A DNA stretch of 64,000 bases from a virus (Duplodnaviria; Caudoviricetes): positions 1-64,000 of the IMG/VR virus record IMGVR_UViG_3300006852_000005, one strand, 5' to 3'. Below, piece after piece: positions 28,335-38,505 of the stretch (position 1 is the first letter of the stretch; each line of letters starts with the position of its first letter). The position numbers and the translations under genes were made by a program. The notes under the pieces are model-generated. The model ran no database searches. It had not been told where the DNA came from and saw only the letters and a list, made by a program, of their open reading frames with translations.

Positions 28335-31300
28335 TTACGCCGTCCTTACCGCAACTCGAATGTTCCGTCGACGCGCCAGCTCACTGGTGATGCCACGACC
28401 TGCGCTCAATCCCGCGGCCATACCCGTCTGCGGGCTGGCATCGCCGGCGAATCGCATGTTAATCGCGTTCTCACCGAAGGTGATCGACTGATCGATGTTG
28501 GTCTGTCCAGCCACCTGCGTGATGTCGCCGGTGATGATATCACTCACCGCGGTACGTAGTCCGCGAGTTGACTTCTTAAGACCAATGATGTAGCCGTCAA
28601 CGGTGTCCTTACCCATCTCCATGAACACCTTGGACGGTGACCCAAGCGCGAGTGCCGCCTGTGCCGCACCGATGACGATCGCTGCTACCGCCTGCGCTAC
28701 GATCTCAAGCTCGTGCTTCTTTTTCTTCATACCATCGATGAGACCCTGCGCGACAGCCTTACCGGCTGCCTCACCAATGCCACCCAGCGGGCTCAACTTG
28801 TTCTTCATCGTTCCTACGCTGGTCGACACAGCAGACGATGCGACGCCCATACCGTCCTTCGTCTTCTTACCAAAGATGCCGAAGGCGCTACCCACCTTGC
28901 TCAACGCACCGGTGATGGTAGAGACTGGGTTCGCTAGTCCCTTAAAGACGTCGATGGTGCGTGAGACGAATCCAATGATCTTCTCGAGGATCGGCACCAC
29001 GATCTGCAGGATCGCCGCAAACAGCTGCATCGCAAGCACGGTGGCTTGGATCAGTGGAATGAGAATCCTATGGTTGGTGATGATCGGTAAGATCTGCGCC
29101 AAAAGCTTAATGAATGACGGGATGAGCGGCAGCACCGCAATGAGGATCGCGCGAGCGGCCTCCACCATCTCGAAGAACTCATCGATAAGATCGGGTAGGA
29201 TCGGGAGAATCTCCTCCAGCGCCGCAAGGAAGTACTGCGCAAGTGCGCTACCCACGTCGAGGATGATTGGTGCCAGCTTCTCGAAGAAGGCCACCATCCT
29301 AGGTAACTGTGCCAGAAGCTTGGCCGCCAGAAGCTTCGCGATCTGAGCGATCACCGGAATCAACGGCTTAAATGACTCGGCGAAGTCCTTACCCAGCTGA
29401 ATAATCAACGGCAACATCGTCGTAAGAAGTTCGTTGAACACCGGGACAAGTGCGCTGGCGATCGTGCTGGCGATCTCGGCAAAAATCTGCAGAAGTGGCG
29501 TCAACACTCCCGCTAGACCGATGAACAGATCGGCGAGCACCTGAAGAAGTGGCGCCAACACCGGTGCGATCGCCTGGATCAACGCACCTAATACCTCAAG
29601 GATGGCACCCAGCGCCTGCCCCACGATCGGTGCCACCGGCACCAGCGCCTTCAGGCCAGCACCTAAGCCTTCCATCAGCGCCTTGATGCCAGGTGCTGCA
29701 CCGATGACCAGCTCAACCAAGATCTCGGCTAGTGGGCCTAGCGCATTACCCAGCGCCTCTACCGCCGGCGACAGCGCGATGATCGCTGGCGCGAGGCTGG
29801 CCAGTGCGTCACCTAGCTGCGTTGCCAGCTTCGTAAGCGTTGGCGCGAACGCCACCGCGATGGCGCCGATGCCCTTGGCGACAGGGACCAACGCTTGGGC
29901 CAGCGCCAGCAGCACGGGAAGAAGTGCCTCACCGATCTCGCCAAGTGATGCGAAGATCTTGCTCAGCGCCTCCTGCCCCTTGACCGAGTTGACCAGCTTG
30001 TTAAGCCGATCGAAGAAGCTGAAGATACCATCGGACGAGCCGGCGGCCTTGGCTAGGCCACCGAAGATCCCAAGCACGTCCTTAAGGAGACCAGCCAGCG
30101 TCTTAAGGGCGGCGATACCGTCGTCGATCAGCGACTTAAGCTCGCCAGAGGCGCGCATCTCGTGAATCTTAGCGGCGAACTTCTCAGCCCAGCCACCTAA
30201 GCCACCGGTCAACGCCGCAACCGACTGCGCGGAGACCGTTACGATGTCCCTGAGCGCCTGCAGCAGTGGACGTACGGCACCCGATAAGTTGTGGATTACC
30301 GTTGCCGCGGAGTCAAAGATCGACGCGAAGTCAGCTCGTGATGCCTCGGAGCCAAGCTCGCGGAACGCGGCGATGATGCCGGTGTTCATCTCGACCGCGA
30401 TACCCGTAAGACCCTGCTTCAACACCGGAAGTTGTGAATTCGCCAGCTTTGTGATCTCAGTGCCAAGATTGGCGAATAGTGCGTTTTGTACCGACAGGCG
30501 TAGGTCGTTGAACGCCGGCTTAAGCGCTAAGATGGCACGCACGAATGCCTGAGCGTTAGGTGCCAGCTTCGACATCGCGGAGGCCATACCACCCGACGAC
30601 GCAGTGGCAGCCTTCTGCGCCTGCGCTAGCTCGTATGTCGCATCGGCTTGACGCTGCAGCGCGGCCTGCACTTGGTCGGAGCCCTCAACGCCCTTCTTGT
30701 TGGCTTCCTCACTTTCCTCAGCGAGGTCACCTACACGGTCTTGCACGTCCTCAAGACTTTGCTGCGCCTGACGATACGCCAAGTCCGCGCGACGAATCGC
30801 GTCCGGATCACCTGATCTCTGTGCTGCCTGCAGTGCCTTCTGCGCGTCTTCCAGTGCAAGAGTCGCGCCCTCTTCATCCAGCCGCGCACCCCTAAGCGTT
30901 CGAGCCAGGTCCTCGATGTTCTCCTTAGCGTCCTTACGAGCTTGGGTCAGCGCCTCCTGGGCTTGCTTAGCCGCGCGCTGAGCCAAAGCGATCCGACGCT
31001 CGGCGCCTTCGATCTGACTCGCGCCACCACCGGCACCAGCACCGGCCTCCTTGAACGCAGCACCGATGCCACTAAAGCCGATCTTGATCGTGGCGAGAGC
31101 GCTGGCTAAGATGCCTAACGCACCTGGGATCAGCAGTAGTGCGCCGGCGGCCTGTGTCGCAACTTGTACGAGACCGATCAACGACTGGATACCACTACCG
31201 ACGGCCGAGGCCAGGCCAGTCAACGCGGCTGCGACCGCGCCGGCGGCTCCGGCAAGTGCGACCAGCTTGGTGATGAGCATGGTGACCATGCCTGCGCCAC

Positions 31301-31481
31301 GTAAGGCGCCACCGAGCGCGCTGAACGCGCTGCTGAGTGAGCTCTTAATTCGGCTGGTGTGCCGATCGACATCACGCGAGACGTCGCCAAAAGCTCGGTC
31401 AACGTCACGACGCAGGTTGCGCGTGAAGCCACTCGAGTCAGGTTTGATCTCGACGTAAGCGGTGTCGATCGGCGCCGTCAC
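28335..31481 (-). CDS. Tape measure protein
   Basis: 1048 aa, Ala/Leu-rich helical repeats; AYVEIKPD N-terminus; GSPSKVF. Confidence 0.92.
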   Translation of the reverse strand: MTAPIDTAYVEIKPDSSGFTRNLRRDVDRAFGDVSRDVDRHTSRIKSSLSSAFSALGGALRGAGMVTMLITKLVALAGAAGAVAAALTGLASAVGSGIQSLIGLVQVATQAAGALLLIPGALGILASALATIKIGFSGIGAAFKEAGAGAGGGASQIEGAERRIALAQRAAKQAQEALTQARKDAKENIEDLARTLRGARLDEEGATLALEDAQKALQAAQRSGDPDAIRRADLAYRQAQQSLEDVQDRVGDLAEESEEANKKGVEGSDQVQAALQRQADATYELAQAQKAATASSGGMASAMSKLAPNAQAFVRAILALKPAFNDLRLSVQNALFANLGTEITKLANSQLPVLKQGLTGIAVEMNTGIIAAFRELGSEASRADFASIFDSAATVIHNLSGAVRPLLQALRDIVTVSAQSVAALTGGLGGWAEKFAAKIHEMRASGELKSLIDDGIAALKTLAGLLKDVLGIFGGLAKAAGSSDGIFSFFDRLNKLVNSVKGQEALSKIFASLGEIGEALLPVLLALAQALVPVAKGIGAIAVAFAPTLTKLATQLGDALASLAPAIIALSPAVEALGNALGPLAEILVELVIGAAPGIKALMEGLGAGLKALVPVAPIVGQALGAILEVLGALIQAIAPVLAPLLQVLADLFIGLAGVLTPLLQIFAEIASTIASALVPVFNELLTTMLPLIIQLGKDFAESFKPLIPVIAQIAKLLAAKLLAQLPRMVAFFEKLAPIILDVGSALAQYFLAALEEILPILPDLIDEFFEMVEAARAILIAVLPLIPSFIKLLAQILPIITNHRILIPLIQATVLAMQLFAAILQIVVPILEKIIGFVSRTIDVFKGLANPVSTITGALSKVGSAFGIFGKKTKDGMGVASSAVSTSVGTMKNKLSPLGGIGEAAGKAVAQGLIDGMKKKKHELEIVAQAVAAIVIGAAQAALALGSPSKVFMEMGKDTVDGYIIGLKKSTRGLRTAVSDIITGDITQVAGQTNIDQSITFGENAINMRFAGDASPQTGMAAGLSAGRGITSELARRRNIRVAVRTA

Positions 31482-31834
31482 GGTATCCTCCGCCGCATCT
31501 GCGTCGCAACCAGCTGTGATGTTTGCGACGCCGCCTCATCACCACGCCACCACGGTGGTGGCGCGATGCCAACGATAGGATCAATGACGATCACCCTGTC
31601 ATCGTTCTCCATCGTTAGTAGCGGCCCGATCAGAAGGTTGTTAATCTTCTGGTGCGTGTTGTTCTTTTCATCATTCGGGATCGTGAGCAGGATCCAGCGG
31701 TGGGCTAGGTCGAGGAACTGGCAGGCACTGAGTCTGTCGAGATAGTGACCTCGGTCGAGGAGCCAACCGTGGAAGTGGTGCCATCGGTCTCGGTCGGCGA
31801 CGTAGCTGACGAGTCCGATGACACCTCGGTAGGG
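31478..31834 (-). CDS. Tail assembly chaperone frameshift extension (-1 frame)
   Basis: Frame without a usable start: ...RWHHFHGWLLDRG...PPPWWRGDEAASQ...RRRIP*; overlaps the chaperone from its RPT codons. Confidence 0.7.
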   Translation of the reverse strand, partial: PYRGVIGLVSYVADRDRWHHFHGWLLDRGHYLDRLSACQFLDLAHRWILLTIPNDEKNNTHQKINNLLIGPLLTMENDDRVIVIDPIVGIAPPPWWRGDEAASQTSQLVATQMRRRIP

Positions 31835-32151
31835 CGGATGCCATACGCCTCCAGGAGCCAGTACAACAGAGGCATGATCTGCCGCTGGAGGTCAAGCCCC
31901 GGTGCGATCTTTGCGAAGCGCTCCTTGGAGTCACCGATCAGGATCGCGTCGCAGAACTCGATGAGCTTATTGATCTTATCGATCATCGAGAGCGTCTTGT
32001 CGTCGCTGTCGGTGAACACGTCGACGATGTCCGAGATCTGCTGCAGCAGCACCGCCGACAGGGCCGGTGATGCGTCGAAGTTCTCACCTGCGATGGCGAA
32101 CTTGATCTCAGGTGCGTCGAGCGTGAAGTCCTTGAACCGTACCTCTGCCAT
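31705..32151 (-). CDS. Tail assembly chaperone
   Basis: Position upstream of the tape measure; WLLEAYGIRPT followed by a Ser/Thr tail. Confidence 0.8.
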   Translation of the reverse strand: MAEVRFKDFTLDAPEIKFAIAGENFDASPALSAVLLQQISDIVDVFTDSDDKTLSMIDKINKLIEFCDAILIGDSKERFAKIAPGLDLQRQIMPLLYWLLEAYGIRPTEVSSDSSATSPTETDGTTSTVGSSTEVTISTDSVPASSST

Positions 32152-32230
32152 ACTTCCTCGTCTCGTCACGGCCCGGCGGCCCTACTTAGTGCTATGGATA
32201 CCGTAACACGAAGAAATGGTCACGCATCTC

Positions 32231-32647
32231 TCAAGCTGCGGCGGACAACGCGTCCTTAAGGAACTGGTTCTTTCGCATACCCTTGACGGATCGAGCGTAG
32301 ATCACCTTGCCATTGGCGCGCCAGCGTAATCTCTTAGCTCGCTGTGGATAGATCTTGTGATGTTTTGGTCCGTAGAGACCCGTACCGTCGTGAACAAGAT
32401 GTGCGTACCAGACGTTGGTGCCGATGCGACACGACAGTCCAGGTGCCATACGAAGTCGTACCAGAATGCTGGAGCGCAGCAGACCGGTACGAACTCGCTT
32501 AGGATGTCCGGCGCCGGCGCCGGAGATCAGCAGCTTGGCGCGCGCCTGAACCTTGTACCCCCGCTTGAGCAGCTCACGAGCGACGCCACCCGACGGTGAG
32601 TTAAGTAGTTGGTGGAGTGGGATCTGGTGCATGTTCTGGCGTACCAT
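32231..32647 (-). CDS. HK97 gp10-like tail completion protein
   Basis: VRTGLLRSSI, YAHLVHDGT, FLKDAL. Confidence 0.8.
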   Translation of the reverse strand: MVRQNMHQIPLHQLLNSPSGGVARELLKRGYKVQARAKLLISGAGAGHPKRVRTGLLRSSILVRLRMAPGLSCRIGTNVWYAHLVHDGTGLYGPKHHKIYPQRAKRLRWRANGKVIYARSVKGMRKNQFLKDALSAAA

Positions 32648-33169
32648 CTAGTCACAGCATCCCTCATTGGTGAATCCGATGAAGAACGGCAGGTTGAAGC
32701 CAGCACACATGCCCTCAGGACCGATCGTCGTGGTGGTGCCCACGAGGAAGTTGGCGATCTCAAAACGTGCGAACATACCCTTCAGACAGCAGTTAAGCGC
32801 GCGTCGTGCCGCCCAGCGATCGCGTTCGAGCTGAACCGCCGCCTCGAGTAGTAGGTCACACTTAGGTGGATGACCGTTGTCGTTGGGCGTCGGCACACAA
32901 CGCACGAGCGACAGCGTGGCCGCGACCACCATCAACGGTGGACCACACTTCGTCTGCGGTAAGTCGTTCGCCGGTGTCGGAAAGATGTTGCTTGGGAAGT
33001 CCTCGGTGATGCTGCCGGCGAGTTGACCACACTCACATTCATCCCAGGCGATGTCACCTGGGACCAGCGAGCAAAACCGGTTGGGCTTTGGATCCAGCGC
33101 GTCGTAGACGCACTGCAGCGCGCCGGTCACCGCCACGATCGAGGACGTCTCCAGGTACACCATCGTCAT
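32648..33169 (-). CDS. Tail terminator-like protein
   Basis: PGDIAWDECECGQL, GPEGMCAG; neck position. Confidence 0.6.
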   Translation of the reverse strand: MTMVYLETSSIVAVTGALQCVYDALDPKPNRFCSLVPGDIAWDECECGQLAGSITEDFPSNIFPTPANDLPQTKCGPPLMVVAATLSLVRCVPTPNDNGHPPKCDLLLEAAVQLERDRWAARRALNCCLKGMFARFEIANFLVGTTTTIGPEGMCAGFNLPFFIGFTNEGCCD

Positions 33170-33171
33170 GA

Positions 33172-34266
33172 TCAGCTACCTAACCTTGGCGCACTAGGTT
33201 CATCGAGGTTGTACACCTTGGCTGGTGCCATGTTGCGCTTAGGGTTGACCGCGTTGATGAACAAGTCCGCGAAGTACAGCCCGGTCAGTCCGTTCTCAAA
33301 GAGCTGATTGGGATCGATGAACGTCAGTGAGACACCCTGCCGTGTCAGCTGCTGGACCGTCTTAGGAAGCCGACACGCGTCGTCACCGACACACGCCTTG
33401 GCGAACTCACAGGCCAGCTCACCGACGGCCATCTGACCCATGGTCGGTACGTCCTTGCCGATCGACAAGACGACGGACCAGGTGCCTTCACCTTCGAGCT
33501 GGCTCAGGTCGTTACACCACGGCCAGTCCTCACCACCAAGACGCGTGAGAAGACGACCATCATCCAGCCGGTAGTCCACATTCGGGATCAAGGCCACACC
33601 GTCCATGCGGACCTCGATGACGTTGAGTACCGGCATGGGAAGCTTCACCTGAGACAGTGGTGTGCACGAGCACTCGCCGATGCAGCTACCACACGTGAGG
33701 TTAAACCACGTTCCCGCAATCAGCGCCGGTTGCGGCCACGTCCACGTGCCTCCGGTCCACGAGTTCCAACCACCAGGAAGATCAGTCATGCACTCGCGCC
33801 GACACGGCCAGATCTCGACGGTGCAAGTGTCGAACTGGCGACCAGATAGCGCCCAGAGGACCTCAGTAGCCGCCTGGAGCGCCGTACCGGTGACAGCTGC
33901 TGTATCTAACAGGTCGCAGCACCAGATTGGCGTCCAGGTGCTACAGGGACCCGATGTCGATCCGGCGGAGGTAGCCACGACGCTGACGACCTCGGACGCT
34001 TGGATCGGCGACATGCCCGTGTCTTCGCCGTCCCAGACGACCAGGTAGTCACCCAGCGGCAGACCCGGTGGTACAGCCCACTGATACACGTTGACGCCCG
34101 TGGCCACAGTGGTGACCCCGGTGCTGGTCGGTCCGACGACGGCCGGACCACCGCTTAGTGGGGTGATCGTAATGATGACGTTGTTGACGACGGCGGGAGG
34201 GCCACCTGGGTACTCGAACCACTCCACGAGGAGTGGCCCGGTGCGCCCTCGAATAAGAGTGGTCAC
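33172..34266 (-). CDS. Head-to-tail adaptor with N-terminal beta-rich extension
   Basis: ATEVLWALSGRQF, ELACEF, CRLP..V.Q..RQGV. Confidence 0.8.
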   Translation of the reverse strand: MTTLIRGRTGPLLVEWFEYPGGPPAVVNNVIITITPLSGGPAVVGPTSTGVTTVATGVNVYQWAVPPGLPLGDYLVVWDGEDTGMSPIQASEVVSVVATSAGSTSGPCSTWTPIWCCDLLDTAAVTGTALQAATEVLWALSGRQFDTCTVEIWPCRRECMTDLPGGWNSWTGGTWTWPQPALIAGTWFNLTCGSCIGECSCTPLSQVKLPMPVLNVIEVRMDGVALIPNVDYRLDDGRLLTRLGGEDWPWCNDLSQLEGEGTWSVVLSIGKDVPTMGQMAVGELACEFAKACVGDDACRLPKTVQQLTRQGVSLTFIDPNQLFENGLTGLYFADLFINAVNPKRNMAPAKVYNLDEPSAPRLGS

Positions 34267-34302
34267 TTGTCAGCCTCCGGTATCATTCTACAATGTGGTA
34301 CA

Positions 34303-36465
34303 TCATAGTGAGAGGTTCCACTGCTCCACAGCGGTACCACCCGGCACCGTTACGTGGGGGTTGTATGCTGTGAACGTTAGGTGTGCATCCTGTGCCAACG
34401 CGCTGCCACCACCACTTGTTGTGACGGTCGCATTGAGCCCAACGAACGTGAACGTGGCGACGCCACTCGATGGCTTCACCTGCGTTGAGGCGTTGTTCCC
34501 AATGAACGAGATGGCAGCTGATCCGGCCGGCGCGTTGGTCACCGATGCCGTCGAGACCGTGGCGTTATTGCCTACAAACGTGACCGGCGCAAATCCGCTG
34601 GTCGGTGCCACGCGTTCACTGGCGTTGTTCGCTGTGAAGCTGAGCGCTGCCACACCAGCCGCAACGCCTGTCATCACGGTGGCGTTGTTCGCGGTGAACG
34701 AGACGGCGCTGACACCCGCGTGGGGTGCGACTGATTCCTGCGCGTTGTTGCCTACGAACGTCAGGTTAGCGACGTCGGCATGCGTGCTGATACTGTCCGA
34801 TGGGTTGTTCGCGGTGAAGCTGATCGACGCCAGACCGGCCGGCGCGTTGGTCTGGGTGGCTGTGCTGACCGTCGCGTTGTTCGCCGTGAAGTTGACGGTC
34901 GTGGCGACATCCGCGCTCGCCTTGATCGTCTCGCTTGGGTTGTTCGCGACGAACGTAACGGTCGCCACACCGGCGTTTGGCTTGACTGTGGTCGTCGCCG
35001 CGTTGACGACGAAGGTGATCGCCGCCGATCCAGCCGGTGCGACGACGCTCGTCTGCACCGTTGCGTTGTTGGCTGTGAACGTCAGCGCGCCGGAGCCCGC
35101 GTGTGGTGCGACCGTATCGCCTGGGTTGTTCGCTACGAAGGCGATCGTCGCGTTACCCGCGCTTGGCTTGACGAAGCTGGTCGTGTTGTTGGCCGTGAAC
35201 GTCAGCGCCGCAGACTCGGCGGGAGCATCGTGTCGTACGGTAACCGTGGCGTTGTTGGCTGTGAACGCAACGGTGGTGGCGACGTCCGCATGGATAGAGA
35301 CCGCGTCACTCGGGTTGTTAGCCACAAACGCGATCGTGGCAACACCGGCCGTTGGCTTGACGGTCGTCGTAGCGGCGTTAGCTACGAACGTCAATGTGGC
35401 GTTTCCAGCCGGCGCGTCGACACGTACCGCAGCGGTGGCGTTGTTGCCTACGAATGCGATCGTAGCGACGCCCGCAGGCGATGAGATGGCCTCAGATGCG
35501 TTGTTCGCCGTGATGACGATGGTCGCGACGCCGGCACCCGGTGCGACGGTTGTGGTCGCGTTGTTAGCTGTGAAGGTGACGGCAGATGAACCGGCCGGTG
35601 GGGAGATCTGCACCGATGCGTTGTTCGCTGCGAACGACACAGCGGCAAAGTTCGAGACAGGCGCCACACTCGTCGTGCTGTTGTTGGCTACGAACGTGAC
35701 GTTCGCTACCTCAGCCGGTGCGTTGGTCGGTGGCACCGTCGTATCGGCGGCGCTGTTGTTCCGCTGCACAGCGCCAGCGAGGAAAATGATGAATGGTGGT
35801 GGGATCTGAACGTACTGACTCGGCGCCTCGACATCGAGGAACGCAGCACCTTGGATCATCCACGCAGACGACAATGTACCGGTCATCACCGCGGCGACGC
35901 TGGCCGCATTCGTCTGGATGAGATCTTCCATCAAGACGTCGACGGCTATTGTTTGGCGTAGTGAGAAACCACCTGTAACGCTTAACGTTCCGCTGGAGAT
36001 GCCACCGATGCCGACGATGAGTGCGTTGTCTTTAGTCGGTGTAAACGATCCTGAGTTCAGCGCGGTGCTGGAGCCGGTAGCACCGTTAGACGTACTAAGT
36101 GGGTTGGTCCACCAACTACCCTTGGTGGAGACATACTCCGCGATGCCGATACGGCGAAAGGTCGTCGCGGCGTTGGAGAAGTTGGCTTGAACCGTGTTGG
36201 CACCGGCACGGATACCCCACTGATACCAAAGCTGCACCGAGAACGTCGCCGTAGAGTTCCACGTCTTTACTCGTGCGGCAAAGTACGGGTTGTTGTTGGA
36301 GTCTACGACCGAGTTGACGTTGAATGTGTTGTCCGCGTCACCCCAGCCGAGTGCGACGACCGAGAGGCTACCACCCGCGTTGGCAGACGAGTACGCGGCT
36401 GTGATGTTGGCTGCGCCAGCATCTAAGCTGTTTGTGCCACCTCGACCCGAGTAGGAGATGGTCAT
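34303..36465 (-). CDS. Virion fibre/spike-like protein with about 22 tandem ~20 aa repeats
   Basis: Repeat consensus xPxAGxAx[VIL][TSA]F[TV]ANNA[TS]; N-terminal globular beta domain. Confidence 0.7.
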   Translation of the reverse strand: MTISYSGRGGTNSLDAGAANITAAYSSANAGGSLSVVALGWGDADNTFNVNSVVDSNNNPYFAARVKTWNSTATFSVQLWYQWGIRAGANTVQANFSNAATTFRRIGIAEYVSTKGSWWTNPLSTSNGATGSSTALNSGSFTPTKDNALIVGIGGISSGTLSVTGGFSLRQTIAVDVLMEDLIQTNAASVAAVMTGTLSSAWMIQGAAFLDVEAPSQYVQIPPPFIIFLAGAVQRNNSAADTTVPPTNAPAEVANVTFVANNSTTSVAPVSNFAAVSFAANNASVQISPPAGSSAVTFTANNATTTVAPGAGVATIVITANNASEAISSPAGVATIAFVGNNATAAVRVDAPAGNATLTFVANAATTTVKPTAGVATIAFVANNPSDAVSIHADVATTVAFTANNATVTVRHDAPAESAALTFTANNTTSFVKPSAGNATIAFVANNPGDTVAPHAGSGALTFTANNATVQTSVVAPAGSAAITFVVNAATTTVKPNAGVATVTFVANNPSETIKASADVATTVNFTANNATVSTATQTNAPAGLASISFTANNPSDSISTHADVANLTFVGNNAQESVAPHAGVSAVSFTANNATVMTGVAAGVAALSFTANNASERVAPTSGFAPVTFVGNNATVSTASVTNAPAGSAAISFIGNNASTQVKPSSGVATFTFVGLNATVTTSGGGSALAQDAHLTFTAYNPHVTVPGGTAVEQWNLSL

Positions 36466-36484
36466 ACGCCGCCTCCTACGTCAC

Positions 36485-37033
36485 TCAGTTAAGAACAAGA
36501 ACTCTGAGGTCGTCCACCTGCACCTGGTTGGAAGAGCTCGATGCGCTATATGCGGCTGAAACGCCGACGGCGCGCTCAATCGTGGTGTCGACGGCGACGG
36601 TACGAAGGGCCTGTGTGAGCGGGATTGGAACCGGCGTGGCGAACGTGGTCAGCGCGGTGCCAAGATACAGTCTACCTTGACCCAGGACGGTTCCCGAGAC
36701 ATCGGCCTTGGTGCAGAAGCCTTCCCACTCCATCATCCACGGGAACGCGGCGGCGCCTGAGGCCGTCGTGATGGCGGTCGAGATCGCGATGTCGATGGTC
36801 ATCGCCAGCGCACGGGTACCGAACCAGAAGCCAAGGCTCAGCGTCGGCGTGGCGGTGGTTGAGAAGTTGCCGATCGCTCTGATCCAAAGCTTTGATCCAG
36901 CGCGCATCTTACCCGCGGGAATGACAGGGACGTTGCCTAGCGTGGTCACGTTCTGCTTCGTGGTGAACGTGTTGAACGCCGCGCTGGCCGCGGTGGGGAA
37001 CGGGCCAACCGGTTCCGCTAGGTAGAGATCCAC
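36485..37033 (-). CDS. Virion structural protein (beta-rich)
   Basis: Ala/Thr-rich ORF in the structural operon. Confidence 0.6.
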   Translation of the reverse strand: MDLYLAEPVGPFPTAASAAFNTFTTKQNVTTLGNVPVIPAGKMRAGSKLWIRAIGNFSTTATPTLSLGFWFGTRALAMTIDIAISTAITTASGAAAFPWMMEWEGFCTKADVSGTVLGQGRLYLGTALTTFATPVPIPLTQALRTVAVDTTIERAVGVSAAYSASSSSNQVQVDDLRVLVLN

Positions 37034-37045
37034 AATGTCACACCC

Positions 37046-37516
37046 TTACATCGTCGCGCGCCAGATGCCGTTCGCGTGCCAGACCACCGTGAACGTTCCG
37101 TTGGTGACCGAGTTGGTGCCACCGAAGTAGTTGAACGAGGCACCCTGGTCCGCGACCGGTGTGGTGAGTGTGTCATCGTAGACGAGGCAACCGAAGACCG
37201 AGGCTAGCGTCGCAGCCGAACCGGACGACGTGTCGTTTGCGTCGAAGAAGACTGTGTCCGCTGTACCCGAGTTCAGCGACTGACCGGTGAGAACGACACC
37301 ACCCTGTGGCCACTGGACGGCCTGGAAGACCTCCTGGGCTGTGGCCCACTGGCCGGCGTTGTACGCCGAGTTGGCCGAGGTGACGTCGTTGTCGGGCGTG
37401 ATCGTGTTGTTGTAGAGCGCGACCTTGAACGAGTCGGCGTCGAAGTCCATGGCGGTGACGTTGCCAAAGACATCCGCGACGGCTGCGCGGAACACGTGAC
37501 TGTCGGTCCATGCCAT
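37046..37516 (-). CDS. Virion structural protein
   Basis: DFDADSFKVALY, FGG..SVTNGTFTV.W...GI. Confidence 0.65.
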   Translation of the reverse strand: MAWTDSHVFRAAVADVFGNVTAMDFDADSFKVALYNNTITPDNDVTSANSAYNAGQWATAQEVFQAVQWPQGGVVLTGQSLNSGTADTVFFDANDTSSGSAATLASVFGCLVYDDTLTTPVADQGASFNYFGGTNSVTNGTFTVVWHANGIWRATM

Positions 37517-37519
37517 GGC

Positions 37520-37798
37520 TTACTCTCCCGTTAACGCTGTGACAGCTTCGTAGGCGGCCTGCAGCTCAGCGTTGGCCTTCTGCTCGTCAGCCTGCAGTTC
37601 GGCGATCTGCTCCTGGACGGCGATCACGGCGTTCTCAGCCTTGACCAGCTTTCCGCGAAGACGCTCAAGCCGATCCAGATACGTCGCGAGATCGCGCTCG
37701 AGAAATGCCACACCGGCCTTGGCCTGTGCGATCTCGGTGTCACGGTCTTCCACAAGCACACCTGCGTCGTTCGCGCTGAACGCGGCTTCACCGGCCAT
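37520..37798 (-). CDS. Coiled-coil protein
   Basis: Heptad-rich 92 aa ORF. Confidence 0.6.
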   Translation of the reverse strand: MAGEAAFSANDAGVLVEDRDTEIAQAKAGVAFLERDLATYLDRLERLRGKLVKAENAVIAVQEQIAELQADEQKANAELQAAYEAVTALTGE

Positions 37799-37801
37799 CG
37801 T

Positions 37802-38113
37802 CTAACTCCTCGCTAGTAGGCGCGCTAGTGGCGCATACACCGTTGCGTCTTGCCCGTCATCGCGCGTGGTGATCAATGCCATGACCGGTCGACCACGACC
37901 GTCGCGTTGCACGATCTCGTCTCCGACGAAGTCCTCGCGCTCCACAGCTTCGATCTTGCACTTCGTACCAGCGGGAACCATCGGCGCCGTCAACCCGTAC
38001 ATCCCGCGGCAGGCGTGAAACCGTGTATGGACCGCGGTCTCATGCGTTACATCGGTGAACGTGCAGTTGGGACAGACCCAGCGGTGTTCCGGTGCCAGCA
38101 TCACAGCGTTCAT
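37802..38113 (-). CDS. Hypothetical Cys/His protein
   Basis: WVCPNC...FHAC. Confidence 0.6.
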   Translation of the reverse strand: MNAVMLAPEHRWVCPNCTFTDVTHETAVHTRFHACRGMYGLTAPMVPAGTKCKIEAVEREDFVGDEIVQRDGRGRPVMALITTRDDGQDATVYAPLARLLARS

Positions 38114-38487
38114 CAGTTCACCAGCAATCCGACCGTTACGTCGGCGCCAGGCGTGACGCTGCCGATCTGATCGATGTCCACCGTCAGGTAGTCACCATCC
38201 GCGAACGACATCACATCAGGCGTCGACAAGATGCCACCGTTCGTTCCACCTAGAACTCGTGGACGGTTGCCCTGCGTCGTAAAGATCGTGGTGCCGTTCT
38301 TGTTGATGTCCGCGATGATGTCCGTACCGGTCGGAGGGGTTCCGGCCGCCACCCAGGCACCCTGAATTGTCCTCTGACGCCCGGTACGGTTGTAGAAGCG
38401 TAGTTCGCTGGACAGCACGATGATGTCACCAGTACGTGACCAGAGCTGTTCACGCCTCGGAGTCGAGGTGTACCCGACCGCGCCCAA
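38113..38487 (-). CDS. Fibre-associated beta-sandwich protein
   Basis: PTGTDII.DINKNGTTIF...GDYLTVDIDQIGS. Confidence 0.6.
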   Translation of the reverse strand: MGAVGYTSTPRREQLWSRTGDIIVLSSELRFYNRTGRQRTIQGAWVAAGTPPTGTDIIADINKNGTTIFTTQGNRPRVLGGTNGGILSTPDVMSFADGDYLTVDIDQIGSVTPGADVTVGLLVN

Positions 38488-38505
38488 GGCACACCTCCCT
38501 CCGAC

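Noticed and set aside
34091-35809. 572 aa plus-strand repetitive ORF
   Set aside because: Antisense shadow of the repeat fibre gene, opposite to the operon direction
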